In this document: one piece after another, positions 9,857 through 19,747 of the stretch
Layout: each line of letters begins with the position of its first letter
Position numbering within the stretch: position 1 is the first letter of the stretch
Assembly: GCA_038060895.1 (NCBI GenBank)
Contig: JBBTCT010000036.1
Location: 39,168 to 103,167 of the forward strand
Length of the DNA stretch: 64,000 nt
DNA from: Planctomycetota bacterium
GTDB taxonomy: Bacteria; Planctomycetota; MHYJ01; WSZJ01
Reading direction: 5' to 3'
Notes under the pieces: generated by a model
Databases searched by the model: none
What the model saw: only the letters and a program-made list of their open reading frames with translations
Told to the model about the DNA's origin: nothing
Program-made: the position numbers and the translations under genes

Positions 9857-12800
9857 CCGTGAAACCGCCGGTGGCGCCCGCGAAGCGCGTGCAGATTCCG
9901 ATGATGATTCCCGCCTGTTTTCTTGCGCTGGCGGCGATCGTCGCGCTGATGATCTACCTGAAGAACCTACCGAAGTCGACGGGGCCCTTCCTGACGCGCC
10001 CGGAGACTTTCGTGACGGACTTCGCGAAGTCGGAAGGAGTGCACGACCTTGCCACGAGCGGCGGAACCGACAAGAAGACCGGCGCCGCCGTCAAGGGCGT
10101 GAAGGGGACGTTCCTGAAAGGGATGCGCGAGCGGGACTGGGGGATGATGGCCTCCGGAATGGCGCCGGGTTTCCGGGCCCGCTTCCCGCAAATTGCCGAT
10201 GGAAAAGAAGTTCCCGACGGCCTGCTCCGGATCCGGCAATACGAGGGCTCGGAGCTCAAGCGCGAGCTGGACAAGGACGCGTTCACGTCGGTGATGAAGG
10301 AGCAGGTCGGCCCGTGGGCGGCAGTGGAGCGCGCCGTGTGGCGCTCGTTCGAGTTCCTGCTCGACCCGGGTGAAAAGAGTGCGTTCCTCAGTGCCCATTT
10401 CCAGCTTGCCGGGATTCTCCCGGACGGCGGGCGCGTCGATTTCACGGGAGTCATCCAGGCCCGGGTGATCCGCGACGGCGACGTCTGGAAAGTGAAGCAG
10501 TTCGGGCTCGTCGAGGGGTGGCGGGCGGAATCGAGCTTCATGCCGTTCAACGACATCACCGATCAGGTCGGGCTGGCGTTCAACGAGTCCGAGGAGCGCC
10601 GCAAGGTCGCGCAGGGGCTGATCAACGACCGGGGCGTCGTCACGAGCGGGGGATTGACCGTCGCGGATTTCAATGACGACGGATTTCCCGACATCCTCGC
10701 CGCCTCGATCCACAACGACGCGATCCTCTTCGTCAACGACGGACAGGGAGGCTTCATCCGCGGACCCGTCGTCACCAATCCGGAGGAATGCGGCCCCTGC
10801 TGGCTGTCCGTCGATCTCGACGGCGACGGGGTCGAAGAGCTGGTCAGCTCCCAGGTCCTCTCGTACGAGGGCAACAAGGCGAAAGGCGCGATCTATCGCC
10901 GCAAGGGCGACGCCTGGGTGCTCGTTCCGGACGCGCTGGTTTTCCCGATTGGGCAGGGGGAGCGCGACCTTTCGATCCAGGGGATCGTTCCGCACGACGT
11001 CGACGGGAACGGACTCCTCGACCTGTTCTTCTGCGTCTACAGCAACCGCAACTCGAAGGGGCCGAACTACAACCGCGTCGTCGCCTACGACGGCGCCGAC
11101 AACCATCTCTTCATGAACAAGGGCCACCTCGCATTCTCCGAGGAGTCCGACGCCCGCGGCATCACGGGGACGCAGTACACCTACGTCGCAAAATTCTGGG
11201 ACTTCGATTTCGACGGGGATACGGACCTCTTCGAAGGGAATGACTACGGCCCGAATCACCTGTGGCTGAACGACGGGAAGGGAAAGTTCACCGACGCGAA
11301 GAGCCACATCTTCAACGCCGATTCGAACTACACGATGGGCGTCACGATTGCCGACTGGGACAACACGGGCGCCTGGTCGATGTACATCTCCAACATGTAC
11401 AGCCATGCGGGGAACCGGATCCTTCCTCTCATGACCGGAGTGAAGGACGACACGAAGCGGCTCGGGCTGGTTCTCGCCCAGGGAAACCAGATGTACGAGT
11501 ACGTCCCGGCAGGACGGCAGTGGACCGAGACCGGCGTCAAGCGGGGCGTGAACTGGGCGGACTGGGCCTGGGCCTGCCTCTTCTGGGATCCCGACAACGA
11601 CGGCGACCGCGACCTCTTCGTCGCGGACGGGTACACGACGAATTCCGACCCGAAGGCGCCCGATTACTGAACGTTTTTCTGGCGGCAGGTCGCCGCCGAC
11701 GCGTCCGCACTGGAGAAGAAGGAGCAGGCATCCCTCGCCCGCAGCGAGGAGGACGCGCGTTTTCGCGGCTCCTGGAGCGGCTACGAGCGCGATTTTCAGT
11801 TCCACAACGCCGACGGGCCGTGCCCGGTTTTCTTCAATACGGCGTACCTGTGCGGCCTCGACTTCGACGACGACGGTCGCGCGGCCGCTCCTGTCGATAT
11901 CGACGGGGACGGTGACCTCGACCTCGTCCTGCTCTCGCTGCAGGGCCTGCGCGTCATGGAAAACCGCATGCCGCGAAGGCGCTTCGCGCGCCTCCGCCTC
12001 ACCGCGACCACGACTGAGCCCCTCGCCCTCGGCGCCATCGTGTCTCTCACCGCCGGCGGCGTTACGCAGCAGGACTACGTCCGCATCACCGACGGGTTCA
12101 TGACACAGGTCCCGCGCGAACTTCATTTCGGCATCGGCAACGCCGATAAAATCGACCGCATCACCGTTCGCTGGCCGGGCGGGAACGCGAAGGTCTATTC
12201 GGACATCCCCGCCGACCGCCTGGTGGAAATCCGGGAGGACGAAGCGGCGCCGAAGGTGTCCGAGCTTCCGGCCTGGCCCGAGGCCACGCGCCCGAAGGCG
12301 CGCCCGTCATTCTCGTTCGAGACGGCCCTCGATCGGCTGGCGGGCGGAAAGGCGCCGCTCGCCACGACAGGAAAGCCCGCGGTCGTGAACTTCTGGTCCC
12401 CGACGTGCGCACCGTGCAAGGAGGAACTGCCGCGCCTGGCCGCGCTGGCGAGAGAATTCGGCGACCGCGTGCAGTTCGCGGGGGTCTCCGCCGAGTCGAA
12501 GGATCTTGAATCCGTTAGGAAGTCGGTCGCCGACTTCGGCGTCCCCTACCCGCAATTCCTGGCTAACGAGGCCTTCCTCAAGAGCTTCTTCGGCACCGGG
12601 GACGCCATTCTCCCCTCGACCTTTGTTTTCGACGGCGCCGGCCGCCTGCGGCAGTCCTTCCACCGCGCGATCTCACAGCCCGAGCTTGCTGCGCTCCTGG
12701 AATCCTTCCGCGAGGAATCCGTCGCCGCCGCCGATCTCGTCGCGCGAGGCTCCGCCCTCATCCAGAGCGGGGACTTCGAAGCGGCCGCCCGCTTCCTGCA

Positions 12801-13347
12801 TGACGCCGTCAAGGCCGACCCGGAGTCTTCCGCGGCACTTAATCAACTGGGCACGGCGCTGAGCGGGGTTGCGGGGTCCATTGAATCGGGAAAAACGCCC
12901 GCGGCCGACGCCGCCGAAGCAGAACGTCGCCGGCAGCAGGCCATTCCGAAGTGGGAGGAAGCCATTGTCTGGCTTCAGCGGGCCGTCGCTCTCGACGCCG
13001 ACTTCTCCGAGGCGCAGTACAACCTCGGCGTGGCTCTCCAGCGCACAGGCCGCTACGAGGCCGCGATCAAGGCACTGGAGGAGGCGCTTCGCGTCGTCCC
13101 GAATTCCTACGACTCCCTCTATTCTCTCGGGATGTCGGCGGGGGCGGCCAGGCAGAACGCCCTCGCGGGGGACGCCTTCGAGCGGGCGATCGTGCTCGCG
13201 CCCCGCCGCCCCGAGGCGTGGGTTGGAAAAGGGCTGTGGCTGCGCCAGATAGGGAAGATGGAGGAGGCGAAGAGCGCGCTTCAGAAGGCGGTTGAGCTCG
13301 ACCCCTCGAATGAGGAGGCCCGTGGCATCCTCCAGGGGATGCCATAG
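9853..13347 (+). CDS. Putative selenoprotein paralog 3 (FG-GAP + UGA 11668-11670 + ASPIC/UnbV + thioredoxin + TPR), ~1164 aa
   Basis: GTGA overlap start. In-frame continuation TFFWRQVAAD. First start codon is 95 codons after the TGA. NFWSPTCAPC motif and TPRs. Confidence 0.8.
11668..11698 (+). promoter_or_regulatory. In-frame UGA plus putative SECIS
   Basis: TGA, 10 nt, then GGCGGC-AGGTC-GCCGCC, identical to the paralog 2 hairpin. Confidence 0.75.
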
Positions 13348-13418
13348 TGGTTCGACACGCTTGATTCCGGGGGTCGCACCCTTCAGGTGCGACTCCCCGA
13401 ATCAAAGCTGACTCACCA
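13345..13418. repeat. Intergenic palindromic element (REP/MITE-like, possibly acting as terminator)
   Basis: Stem-loop TTGATTC-CGGGGGTCGCACC-cttca-GGTGCGACTCCCC-GAATCAA. Its first 24 nt match 21548-21571 at 22/24. Confidence 0.55.
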
Positions 13419-13474
13419 TCCGGGGGTTTGCCATTGACTCAACCCAAGGCGCATTCGTACCGTTACAGGCTCGA

Positions 13475-16177
13475 ATGAGTCCAATCCCACCCGCGAGAGG
13501 CGCCTTGAGAGCGCGGATTTCCCCCGCTTTCGCGGCCGCCCTGGCCGCAGCGTTGCTTCTGCCCGTCCTTGCCGGGTGCAAGCGCGGAGGGGGATCGTCC
13601 GGCTCCGGGTCTGGCAGTTACGCCCTGACGTCGTTCCCCGGCGCACCTGTCTCCGACGGTGACGTGGCATCGGACGGCAAGGGGCTGAGCCCGCCCGGGA
13701 TGAGCGTGATTGCGGGCTCCGTGCGCTGTACGCCAAATGGCGACCGGGGCACCCTGATGGTGACGTACGGAGTGCTGTCCGGGGACCCGCCGGTCACGAA
13801 CCTCATAGGCCAGTACTTTGACGGGGAAGCCTGGACTCCGCCGGTGACGCTGGGCGCCATCGATGCGAGCAGCGCGCCGGGCTCGATCACGTACTCGTCC
13901 GTGGCCCACGCGTGGGTCAACACCGGCGACCACCTGGCCGAGACGGCCAGCGACCGGGACGGCGACTGCATCATTTTCTGGCGATGCAACGACGCGGACG
14001 ACGACGGTATCCTCACCCCGGACGGCGCGAACGCCAACCTGTTCGCAACCTATTTCAACTCGCGCCAGAGCGGCGACATCGCCAGCCGGTACGGCTTTCA
14101 GGAATTCGCCAGCCGTCTGAGCGTGGAAGACGAGGCGGGGGAAGACGTCACTTCGTTCGGATTCGCGACCGACGGGCTGTGCGGCGAAGCGCGTTGGGAC
14201 AGCGGCGAGAACTCTTACCGTTACGGCGAGCAGACGACGGGGATCGTCGTCTTCTGGAACCAGCGCGAAAACAACGACGGTTTGGCGGGGTTCGACGACC
14301 GCTCGCTCTGCGCGTGCCATATCGCGCTCGATTTCGCGCTGGACGCAGCCCTGCCGCTCGAATCCGGGGCGGGGATCGGCGGCGCCACTCGGCTCCCGAT
14401 CGACGCCATGGGCGCCTCGGACGTGGGATCGTCGAGCGAGGAGACCCAGGTGGACTCGGGCTTCCTGTCCTACAACAACCTCCTCGTGTTCCGCGTCGCG
14501 GCCGACAACCTGACGGAAGCGGACGATGAGGCGGAGCACGTCTTCGACGGGGGGCCCACGTCCTACAACGGCCCGTCCGCACTCGGGGAAGACTCTTCTC
14601 TCGAGTACGTCTCGTTCGAACTCGCCCTCGGTACTTCCACGGCCGGCGCCGTTCTTCACGCGACCGTTCCCGTCTCCAGTTCCTCGGACGCGCTTCGCAA
14701 CGATGCCGACTTCCTGACCCCGGCGGACGGGGCCTCCGTTTTCGGCTCAACGGCGTTCGGCACGGACGAGGGGCTCGCCTGCTTCGTGCTCTTCTCGGCG
14801 GAATCCGACAGCGACACGAACGACTCCAAGGTCGACGCCGGTGACTCAGGCGGCGTTGCGATCTCCGAGATCGACCCTGTGACCGGCGGTCTCCTCTCCC
14901 ACTCGTTGCTCAGCGCGGCGGATCCGGTCATCTCCGACTTCATCAACTCGGGACAGGTCAGTGCGCGCATCAGCCGGAACGGCGACTACGTCATGCTCGC
15001 CTGGCTGCAGGCCGCCGCGGCCGGTCCAACCCCGGATGCTGCGCTCAGGGTGGCCCAGTACCTGACGACCCGTCCGGATGAAGACGGGCTCTTCGCCGTG
15101 CCCGCCATCTCCGCTTCGCTCAGCGCCCCCGTCACGGTGAGCGTGGATGTGGACGGCGTCGATGTCGCGAGCTTCGCCTGGCAGGAGGGACTGTCCTACA
15201 TCTGCGGAGCCCAGTCGGACCCGGATGTCATGAACGTCGCATTCGCTCACGCGGACGGCGTGGTGGACCGTCTGTTTTCCGGAAGAGTCGTCGCGAACTT
15301 CTCGGCGCCCCCTGTACCCTCGGCGCTTTCAGTTCTCCTTGCTGCGGGCGAGGCGACAATCTGGTCTCTCGCCCCCGCGCTCAACGACGCCGGCCACCAA
15401 TACCGCATCATCGACAGCGGGGAAGGCGGCAACGTCTTCGCCGTCTACAACATGGACGTGGACACGGGCGCCGGAACCGATTTCCGCGTGTTCGCCCAGC
15501 GCACCGGCCTGTCCTCCGGATTCGGCCCCATCGACAGCAACGTGGACTTCCGCGAGGCCGGACTGCAGCCCTTCACCCTGCTGGGTACCCCCGCCGGGAA
15601 CGACATCGGCCTTTTCGATCCCTCCACGGGCGAAGACAGCCCGGACCGCCCGCACGGCTACACCCGCCTCCACGTCTTCTTCCGCGAGCAGAAGACCTCC
15701 ACGGCGTCCGGCGCCGGGTTCGCCCTCCGGACCCGCGCGTTCGACACCTCAGACTCCGGATTGGCCTTCGGCGACTCCTTTACCCCGGGCGCCGGGTCCG
15801 CGTACGACCAGCCGTTCGACCTCGACCTGCCGTTCATCGACCCCTCCGTGTCCCTCGATGCCGAAGTCGTCGGCTTCACCTCGGACGGCGACGACGTGGG
15901 CGTCTACTTCACCGAGACCCTCCACATCTGGTACCAGGAATTCCACCCCGACGGCATGGCCCTCGGCTGGATCAATGACCTCGGCGTCTCCACACCGCTC
16001 CTGGTCGACGACGACGTCGCCGCCGAATCCGAATCGGACAAGCCCATCGAAACCTTCGAACTGTTCGTCACCCGCACCTGCACCTGCGCGACCCTCCACG
16101 GCGCCACCGTCTTCTTCACAAAGACCGCGGACGACCTCACCCTGGACAAGCGCCTTCGCGTGCGTATCCGCGAGTAG
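13475..16177 (+). CDS. Large acidic secreted lipoprotein of unknown function (possible beta-propeller)
   Basis: Lipobox VLAG-C and Gly/Ser linker. Asp-rich, with recurring beta-strand motifs (IIFWR, VVFWNQ, MLAWLQ, HVFFRE). Confidence 0.75.
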   Translation: MSPIPPARGALRARISPAFAAALAAALLLPVLAGCKRGGGSSGSGSGSYALTSFPGAPVSDGDVASDGKGLSPPGMSVIAGSVRCTPNGDRGTLMVTYGVLSGDPPVTNLIGQYFDGEAWTPPVTLGAIDASSAPGSITYSSVAHAWVNTGDHLAETASDRDGDCIIFWRCNDADDDGILTPDGANANLFATYFNSRQSGDIASRYGFQEFASRLSVEDEAGEDVTSFGFATDGLCGEARWDSGENSYRYGEQTTGIVVFWNQRENNDGLAGFDDRSLCACHIALDFALDAALPLESGAGIGGATRLPIDAMGASDVGSSSEETQVDSGFLSYNNLLVFRVAADNLTEADDEAEHVFDGGPTSYNGPSALGEDSSLEYVSFELALGTSTAGAVLHATVPVSSSSDALRNDADFLTPADGASVFGSTAFGTDEGLACFVLFSAESDSDTNDSKVDAGDSGGVAISEIDPVTGGLLSHSLLSAADPVISDFINSGQVSARISRNGDYVMLAWLQAAAAGPTPDAALRVAQYLTTRPDEDGLFAVPAISASLSAPVTVSVDVDGVDVASFAWQEGLSYICGAQSDPDVMNVAFAHADGVVDRLFSGRVVANFSAPPVPSALSVLLAAGEATIWSLAPALNDAGHQYRIIDSGEGGNVFAVYNMDVDTGAGTDFRVFAQRTGLSSGFGPIDSNVDFREAGLQPFTLLGTPAGNDIGLFDPSTGEDSPDRPHGYTRLHVFFREQKTSTASGAGFALRTRAFDTSDSGLAFGDSFTPGAGSAYDQPFDLDLPFIDPSVSLDAEVVGFTSDGDDVGVYFTETLHIWYQEFHPDGMALGWINDLGVSTPLLVDDDVAAESESDKPIETFELFVTRTCTCATLHGATVFFTKTADDLTLDKRLRVRIRE

Positions 16178-16187
16178 ACGCGCCTCC

Positions 16188-17519
16188 ATGAAGAAATTCT
16201 GGGTCGAAACCTTCGGTTGCCAGATGAACAAGCTCGACAGCGAGCAGTTCTCGGGCGAGCTCATGCTTCACGGATACTCGCAGGCGACAGGACAGGACGA
16301 CGCCGACGTCATCCTCTTCAATACGTGCAGCGTCCGCGAACACGCCGAGCAGCGGGTTTACTCGAGGGCGGGCATCCTGAAGCGCCGCAAGGCGACCGAC
16401 CCCGGCCTGGTCATCGGCATCCTGGGCTGCATGGCGCAGCAGGAGCGCGAGAAGATCCTCGACCGGCTGCCGCACGTCGACCTCGTCGCGGGCCCGGACC
16501 AGTACAAGAACCTGCCGGCGCTGATTGACGAAGCGCGGGAGTCCGGCGAAGCGATCCTGGCGACGCGCCACACGGCGTTCATTCCGAAATTCGACCGGCT
16601 CGCGGCGCCCCGCGAAAACCCGTGGCAGGCGTACATCCTTGCGATGAAGGGCTGCGACGAGATGTGCTCCTACTGCGTGGTGCCGCGCACGAGGGGGAGA
16701 GAGGTCTCGAAGCCGATTCCGGAGATCGTCGAGGAGGCGCACGTGCTCGCCGGGCAGGGGGTCGTCGAAATCACGCTGCTCGGGCAGAACATCACGGCGT
16801 ACGGCGAGAAGGAAGGCAAGGAGCTGGCTGACCTGGTGGAAGCTGTGGCCGCCGTCCCGGGAATCCGGCGCGTTCGTTTCGTCACGAGCCATCCGCACCA
16901 CGCGACGCGCCGGCTGTTCCGGACGATGCGCGACCTCCCCAACGTGATGCCGCAGATTCACATGCCCGCGCAGAGCGGGAGCGATCGGATTCTGGCGCTG
17001 ATGAAGCGCACTTACACGAACGCGGAGTACCTGGACATCATTGCGATGGCGCGCGAGGAGTGCCCGGAGATCGAACTCGCGAGCGACTTCATCGTGGGAT
17101 TCCCGACCGAGACGGAGGACGATTTCCAGGCGACGCTGAAACTCGCGGAACAGGTCCGCTTCGGCTACGCGTTCATCTTCCAGTACAGCCCGCGTCCGGG
17201 CACGACGGGGATGCGCGACCTCGTTGACGACGTCCCGGCGGAAGTGAAGCTGCGCCGCAACCACGAACTGCTCGCGCTTCAGGAGCGCATCCAGCTCGAG
17301 AAGAACGTCGCCCGCGTCGGCGCGACCGTCGAGGTGCTCGTCGAGGGGCGCAGCGAGCGCAACAAGGCGAAGTGGACGGGCCGCGGCCCCGACAACCGGA
17401 TTGTCGTGTTCGAGGGGGACGGCGAGCTTGCGGGCAAATTCGTGGAGACAAAGATCGCCCGCGCCACGGCTCTCACGCTCTACGGCGACCCGCTGCGGCA
17501 GCCCGCGGCCGTCGGGTAG
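16188..17519 (+). CDS. miaB: tRNA-2-methylthio-N6-dimethylallyladenosine synthase
   Basis: ETFGCQMN, NTCSVRE, radical SAM motif CDEMCSYC, DFIVGFPTET, YSPRPGT and C-terminal TRAM. True start is ATG 16188. Confidence 0.92.
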   Translation: MKKFWVETFGCQMNKLDSEQFSGELMLHGYSQATGQDDADVILFNTCSVREHAEQRVYSRAGILKRRKATDPGLVIGILGCMAQQEREKILDRLPHVDLVAGPDQYKNLPALIDEARESGEAILATRHTAFIPKFDRLAAPRENPWQAYILAMKGCDEMCSYCVVPRTRGREVSKPIPEIVEEAHVLAGQGVVEITLLGQNITAYGEKEGKELADLVEAVAAVPGIRRVRFVTSHPHHATRRLFRTMRDLPNVMPQIHMPAQSGSDRILALMKRTYTNAEYLDIIAMAREECPEIELASDFIVGFPTETEDDFQATLKLAEQVRFGYAFIFQYSPRPGTTGMRDLVDDVPAEVKLRRNHELLALQERIQLEKNVARVGATVEVLVEGRSERNKAKWTGRGPDNRIVVFEGDGELAGKFVETKIARATALTLYGDPLRQPAAVG

Positions 17520-17524
17520 GGCGC

Positions 17525-18667
17525 ATGCCCGTCTCCGCCGAGTTCTTCATGCGAAGGGCGCTGGAGCTGGCGCTTCAGGGGATTCCTGCCGCCTTTCCCA
17601 ACCCGGTCGTCGGTTGCGTCATCGAGAAAGACGGCGAAGTCTTCGGGGAAGGAGCGCACCTCCAGTTCGGCGGCCCGCACGCCGAGGTCATCGCGCTTGC
17701 GGCGGCCGGTGACCGTGCGAAGGGCGCCACCGCCTGGGTCACGCTCGAACCCTGTTCGCACCACGGCAAGACCCCGCCATGCACCGACGCCCTCATCAAG
17801 GCCGGCGTCCGCCAGGTGGTCTACTCTGCGACGGACCCCAATCCGCGTACTTCCGGCAAAGCCCGGGCGCTCCTGGAAGCCGCAGGCATCGCCGTCGACA
17901 ATGGCCTCCTCGAACTCCTCGCGAAGCGCCAGAACGCCCCGTTCTTCAAGGTCCATACCCTGGGCCTTCCCTGGGTCACCGCCAAGTGGGCCATGACCCT
18001 CGATGGCAAGATCGCTACTTCTTCCGGCCACTCCAAGTGGATTACCGGCGACTCCGCCCGTACGCGCGCCCGCCGTTTTCGCGGCGAGCACGGGTGCGTC
18101 CTCGTCGGCATCGGCACAGTCCTGGCGGACGATCCCTCGCTTGCCGGCCCCGACGGCGTCCGCCCTCCAAAGCGCGCCGTCGCCGACGCCAGCGCGCGCA
18201 TCCCGATGGAGTGCCAGATCGTGAAGGGCGCCCGCGAAATCGAGACATTCATCGGCGTGTCGAAGACCGCTCCCGAGGCCAACGTCAGGCGTCTCGAAGC
18301 GGCCGGGTGCCGGGTGATCCCGCTGGACGCGACCATCGACGGCATCGACCTCACGGCGTTCCTCCGCGCCATCGCCCCGCACGCCACCTCGGTCTTCGCC
18401 GAGGGCGGATCCCACATCCTCGGCTCGCTCTTCGACGCCGGCCTCGTCGACGAGGTCTGCGCCTTTATCGCCCCTTCTGTCCTCGGCGGCGCGCTAGCGC
18501 CGGCCCCGGTCGGTGGCCTCGGGAAAAAGGGTCCCGCCCTCGCGGAACGGCTTTTCGAAGTGAGAACCGAGCCGATCGGCGACGACCTGTTGATGCGGGG
18601 CCTGGTCAGGAACGGCTACGGCGGCGTCATTGCCGGGCTGACGAGGATCGCGCCATCTTCGGCGTAG
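17525..18667 (+). CDS. ribD: Bifunctional riboflavin biosynthesis deaminase/reductase
   Basis: PNPVVGCVI, HAE, TLEPCSHHGKTPPC, AMTLDGKIAT and EGG motifs. Confidence 0.95.
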   Translation: MPVSAEFFMRRALELALQGIPAAFPNPVVGCVIEKDGEVFGEGAHLQFGGPHAEVIALAAAGDRAKGATAWVTLEPCSHHGKTPPCTDALIKAGVRQVVYSATDPNPRTSGKARALLEAAGIAVDNGLLELLAKRQNAPFFKVHTLGLPWVTAKWAMTLDGKIATSSGHSKWITGDSARTRARRFRGEHGCVLVGIGTVLADDPSLAGPDGVRPPKRAVADASARIPMECQIVKGAREIETFIGVSKTAPEANVRRLEAAGCRVIPLDATIDGIDLTAFLRAIAPHATSVFAEGGSHILGSLFDAGLVDEVCAFIAPSVLGGALAPAPVGGLGKKGPALAERLFEVRTEPIGDDLLMRGLVRNGYGGVIAGLTRIAPSSA

Positions 18668-18691
18668 CCCCGGCCCGTCCGGGCATGCGAG

Positions 18692-19747
18692 ATGGTGATA
18701 GACTGCCGCCACACCATGATTGAACCCGCCTCGCCAGCCGACGAAGACCGCCGCCTCGCCGCACTTCGCGCTCTTCGAATCCTCGACACGCCCTCCGAGG
18801 AACGCTTCGACCGCATCACCCGCACCGCCCGGAGGATGTTCGGCGTGCCGATCGCCCTGATCACGCTCGTTGACGGCGACCGGCAGTGGTTCAAGTCGTG
18901 CCAGGGGCTGGGCGTCAACGAGACGGCGCGGTCGATTTCGTTCTGCGGGCACGCGATCCTCAATGACGCCCCGATGGTCGTCGCCGATGCCGCCGCGGAC
19001 CCCCGCTTCCACGACAATCCGCTCGTCACGGGCGACCCGAACATCCGGTTCTACGCCGGGTGCCCGCTGAAATCGCCCGACGGAGCGAAACTCGGGACCC
19101 TCTGCCTCATCGGCCGCGAGCCGCGGACCTTCTCGACGGAAGAAGTCGTCGCACTCCAGGATCTTGCCGCGTGGGCCGAAGGCGAGCTGAGCCAGGTCCG
19201 CCTCGGCGAAACGCAGCTGGCGCTGATCCAGGAGCGGGATGAGTTCAAGCGCCGCGCCATGATCGATGCGCTGACGCAGGTCTGGAACCGCGGGACCATC
19301 ATCGAGATCCTGAAGGCCGAAGTGGCGCGCGCCGCCCGTCAGTCCCATGCGCTCTCCGTCGCGATGGTGGACTGCGATCGCTTCAAGGAGATCAACGACA
19401 CGCAGGGCCACGCCGCAGGCGACGCCGTCCTCCGGGAGCTTGCCCAGCGATTTCGTGGCGCCATCCGGGCCTACGACGCGGTCGGGCGGTACGGTGGGGA
19501 GGAATTCCTCGTGGTTCTGCCCGATTGCACCTCGCCGCCCGCGAGGGCGCTCTCGGAGCGGCTGCGCGAAGGAGTGGCCGGCGCGGCTTTCGAAGCGGGG
19601 AAGGGGAAGCTCGCCGTGACGGTCTCGGTGGGGGTCGCGACGATGGATCGGGGCGCGGTGGCCACGGCGGAGGATCTCGTCGCAGCGGCGGATGACGCGC
19701 TCTATCGCGCGAAGGCGGCCGGACGGAACCGGGTCGAGACGGCTTAG
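18692..19747 (+). CDS. GAF-domain diguanylate cyclase
   Basis: GAF (ILDTPSEERFDRIT...IRFYAG) plus GGDEF domain (RYGGEEF) with RxxD I-site (RAYD). Confidence 0.92.
   Translation: MVIDCRHTMIEPASPADEDRRLAALRALRILDTPSEERFDRITRTARRMFGVPIALITLVDGDRQWFKSCQGLGVNETARSISFCGHAILNDAPMVVADAAADPRFHDNPLVTGDPNIRFYAGCPLKSPDGAKLGTLCLIGREPRTFSTEEVVALQDLAAWAEGELSQVRLGETQLALIQERDEFKRRAMIDALTQVWNRGTIIEILKAEVARAARQSHALSVAMVDCDRFKEINDTQGHAAGDAVLRELAQRFRGAIRAYDAVGRYGGEEFLVVLPDCTSPPARALSERLREGVAGAAFEAGKGKLAVTVSVGVATMDRGAVATAEDLVAAADDALYRAKAAGRNRVETA

Noticed and set aside
7784-12126. Long antisense or alternate-frame ORFs (e.g. 7784-9730, 9967-12126, 21663-23831, 36815-38911, 58207-60564)
   Set aside because: Shadow ORFs typical of high-GC coding DNA. 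They overlap well-supported genes and have Arg/Pro-rich sequence without motifs.
3099-13347. Interpreting the split FG-GAP genes as pseudogenes or sequencing errors
   Set aside because: The same TGA occurs at the same codon in three diverged paralogs, with intact frames, intact CxxC motifs and a conserved hairpin. This is not random decay.
13348-13420. tRNA (e.g. tRNA-Sec) suggested by GGTTCGA
   Set aside because: GTTCGA lies at the 5' end of the element with no cloverleaf upstream. The region folds as one long hairpin.
15339-16187. N-terminal extension of the MiaB ORF
   Set aside because: It overlaps the lipoprotein gene in another frame. MiaB homology begins at ATG 16188.
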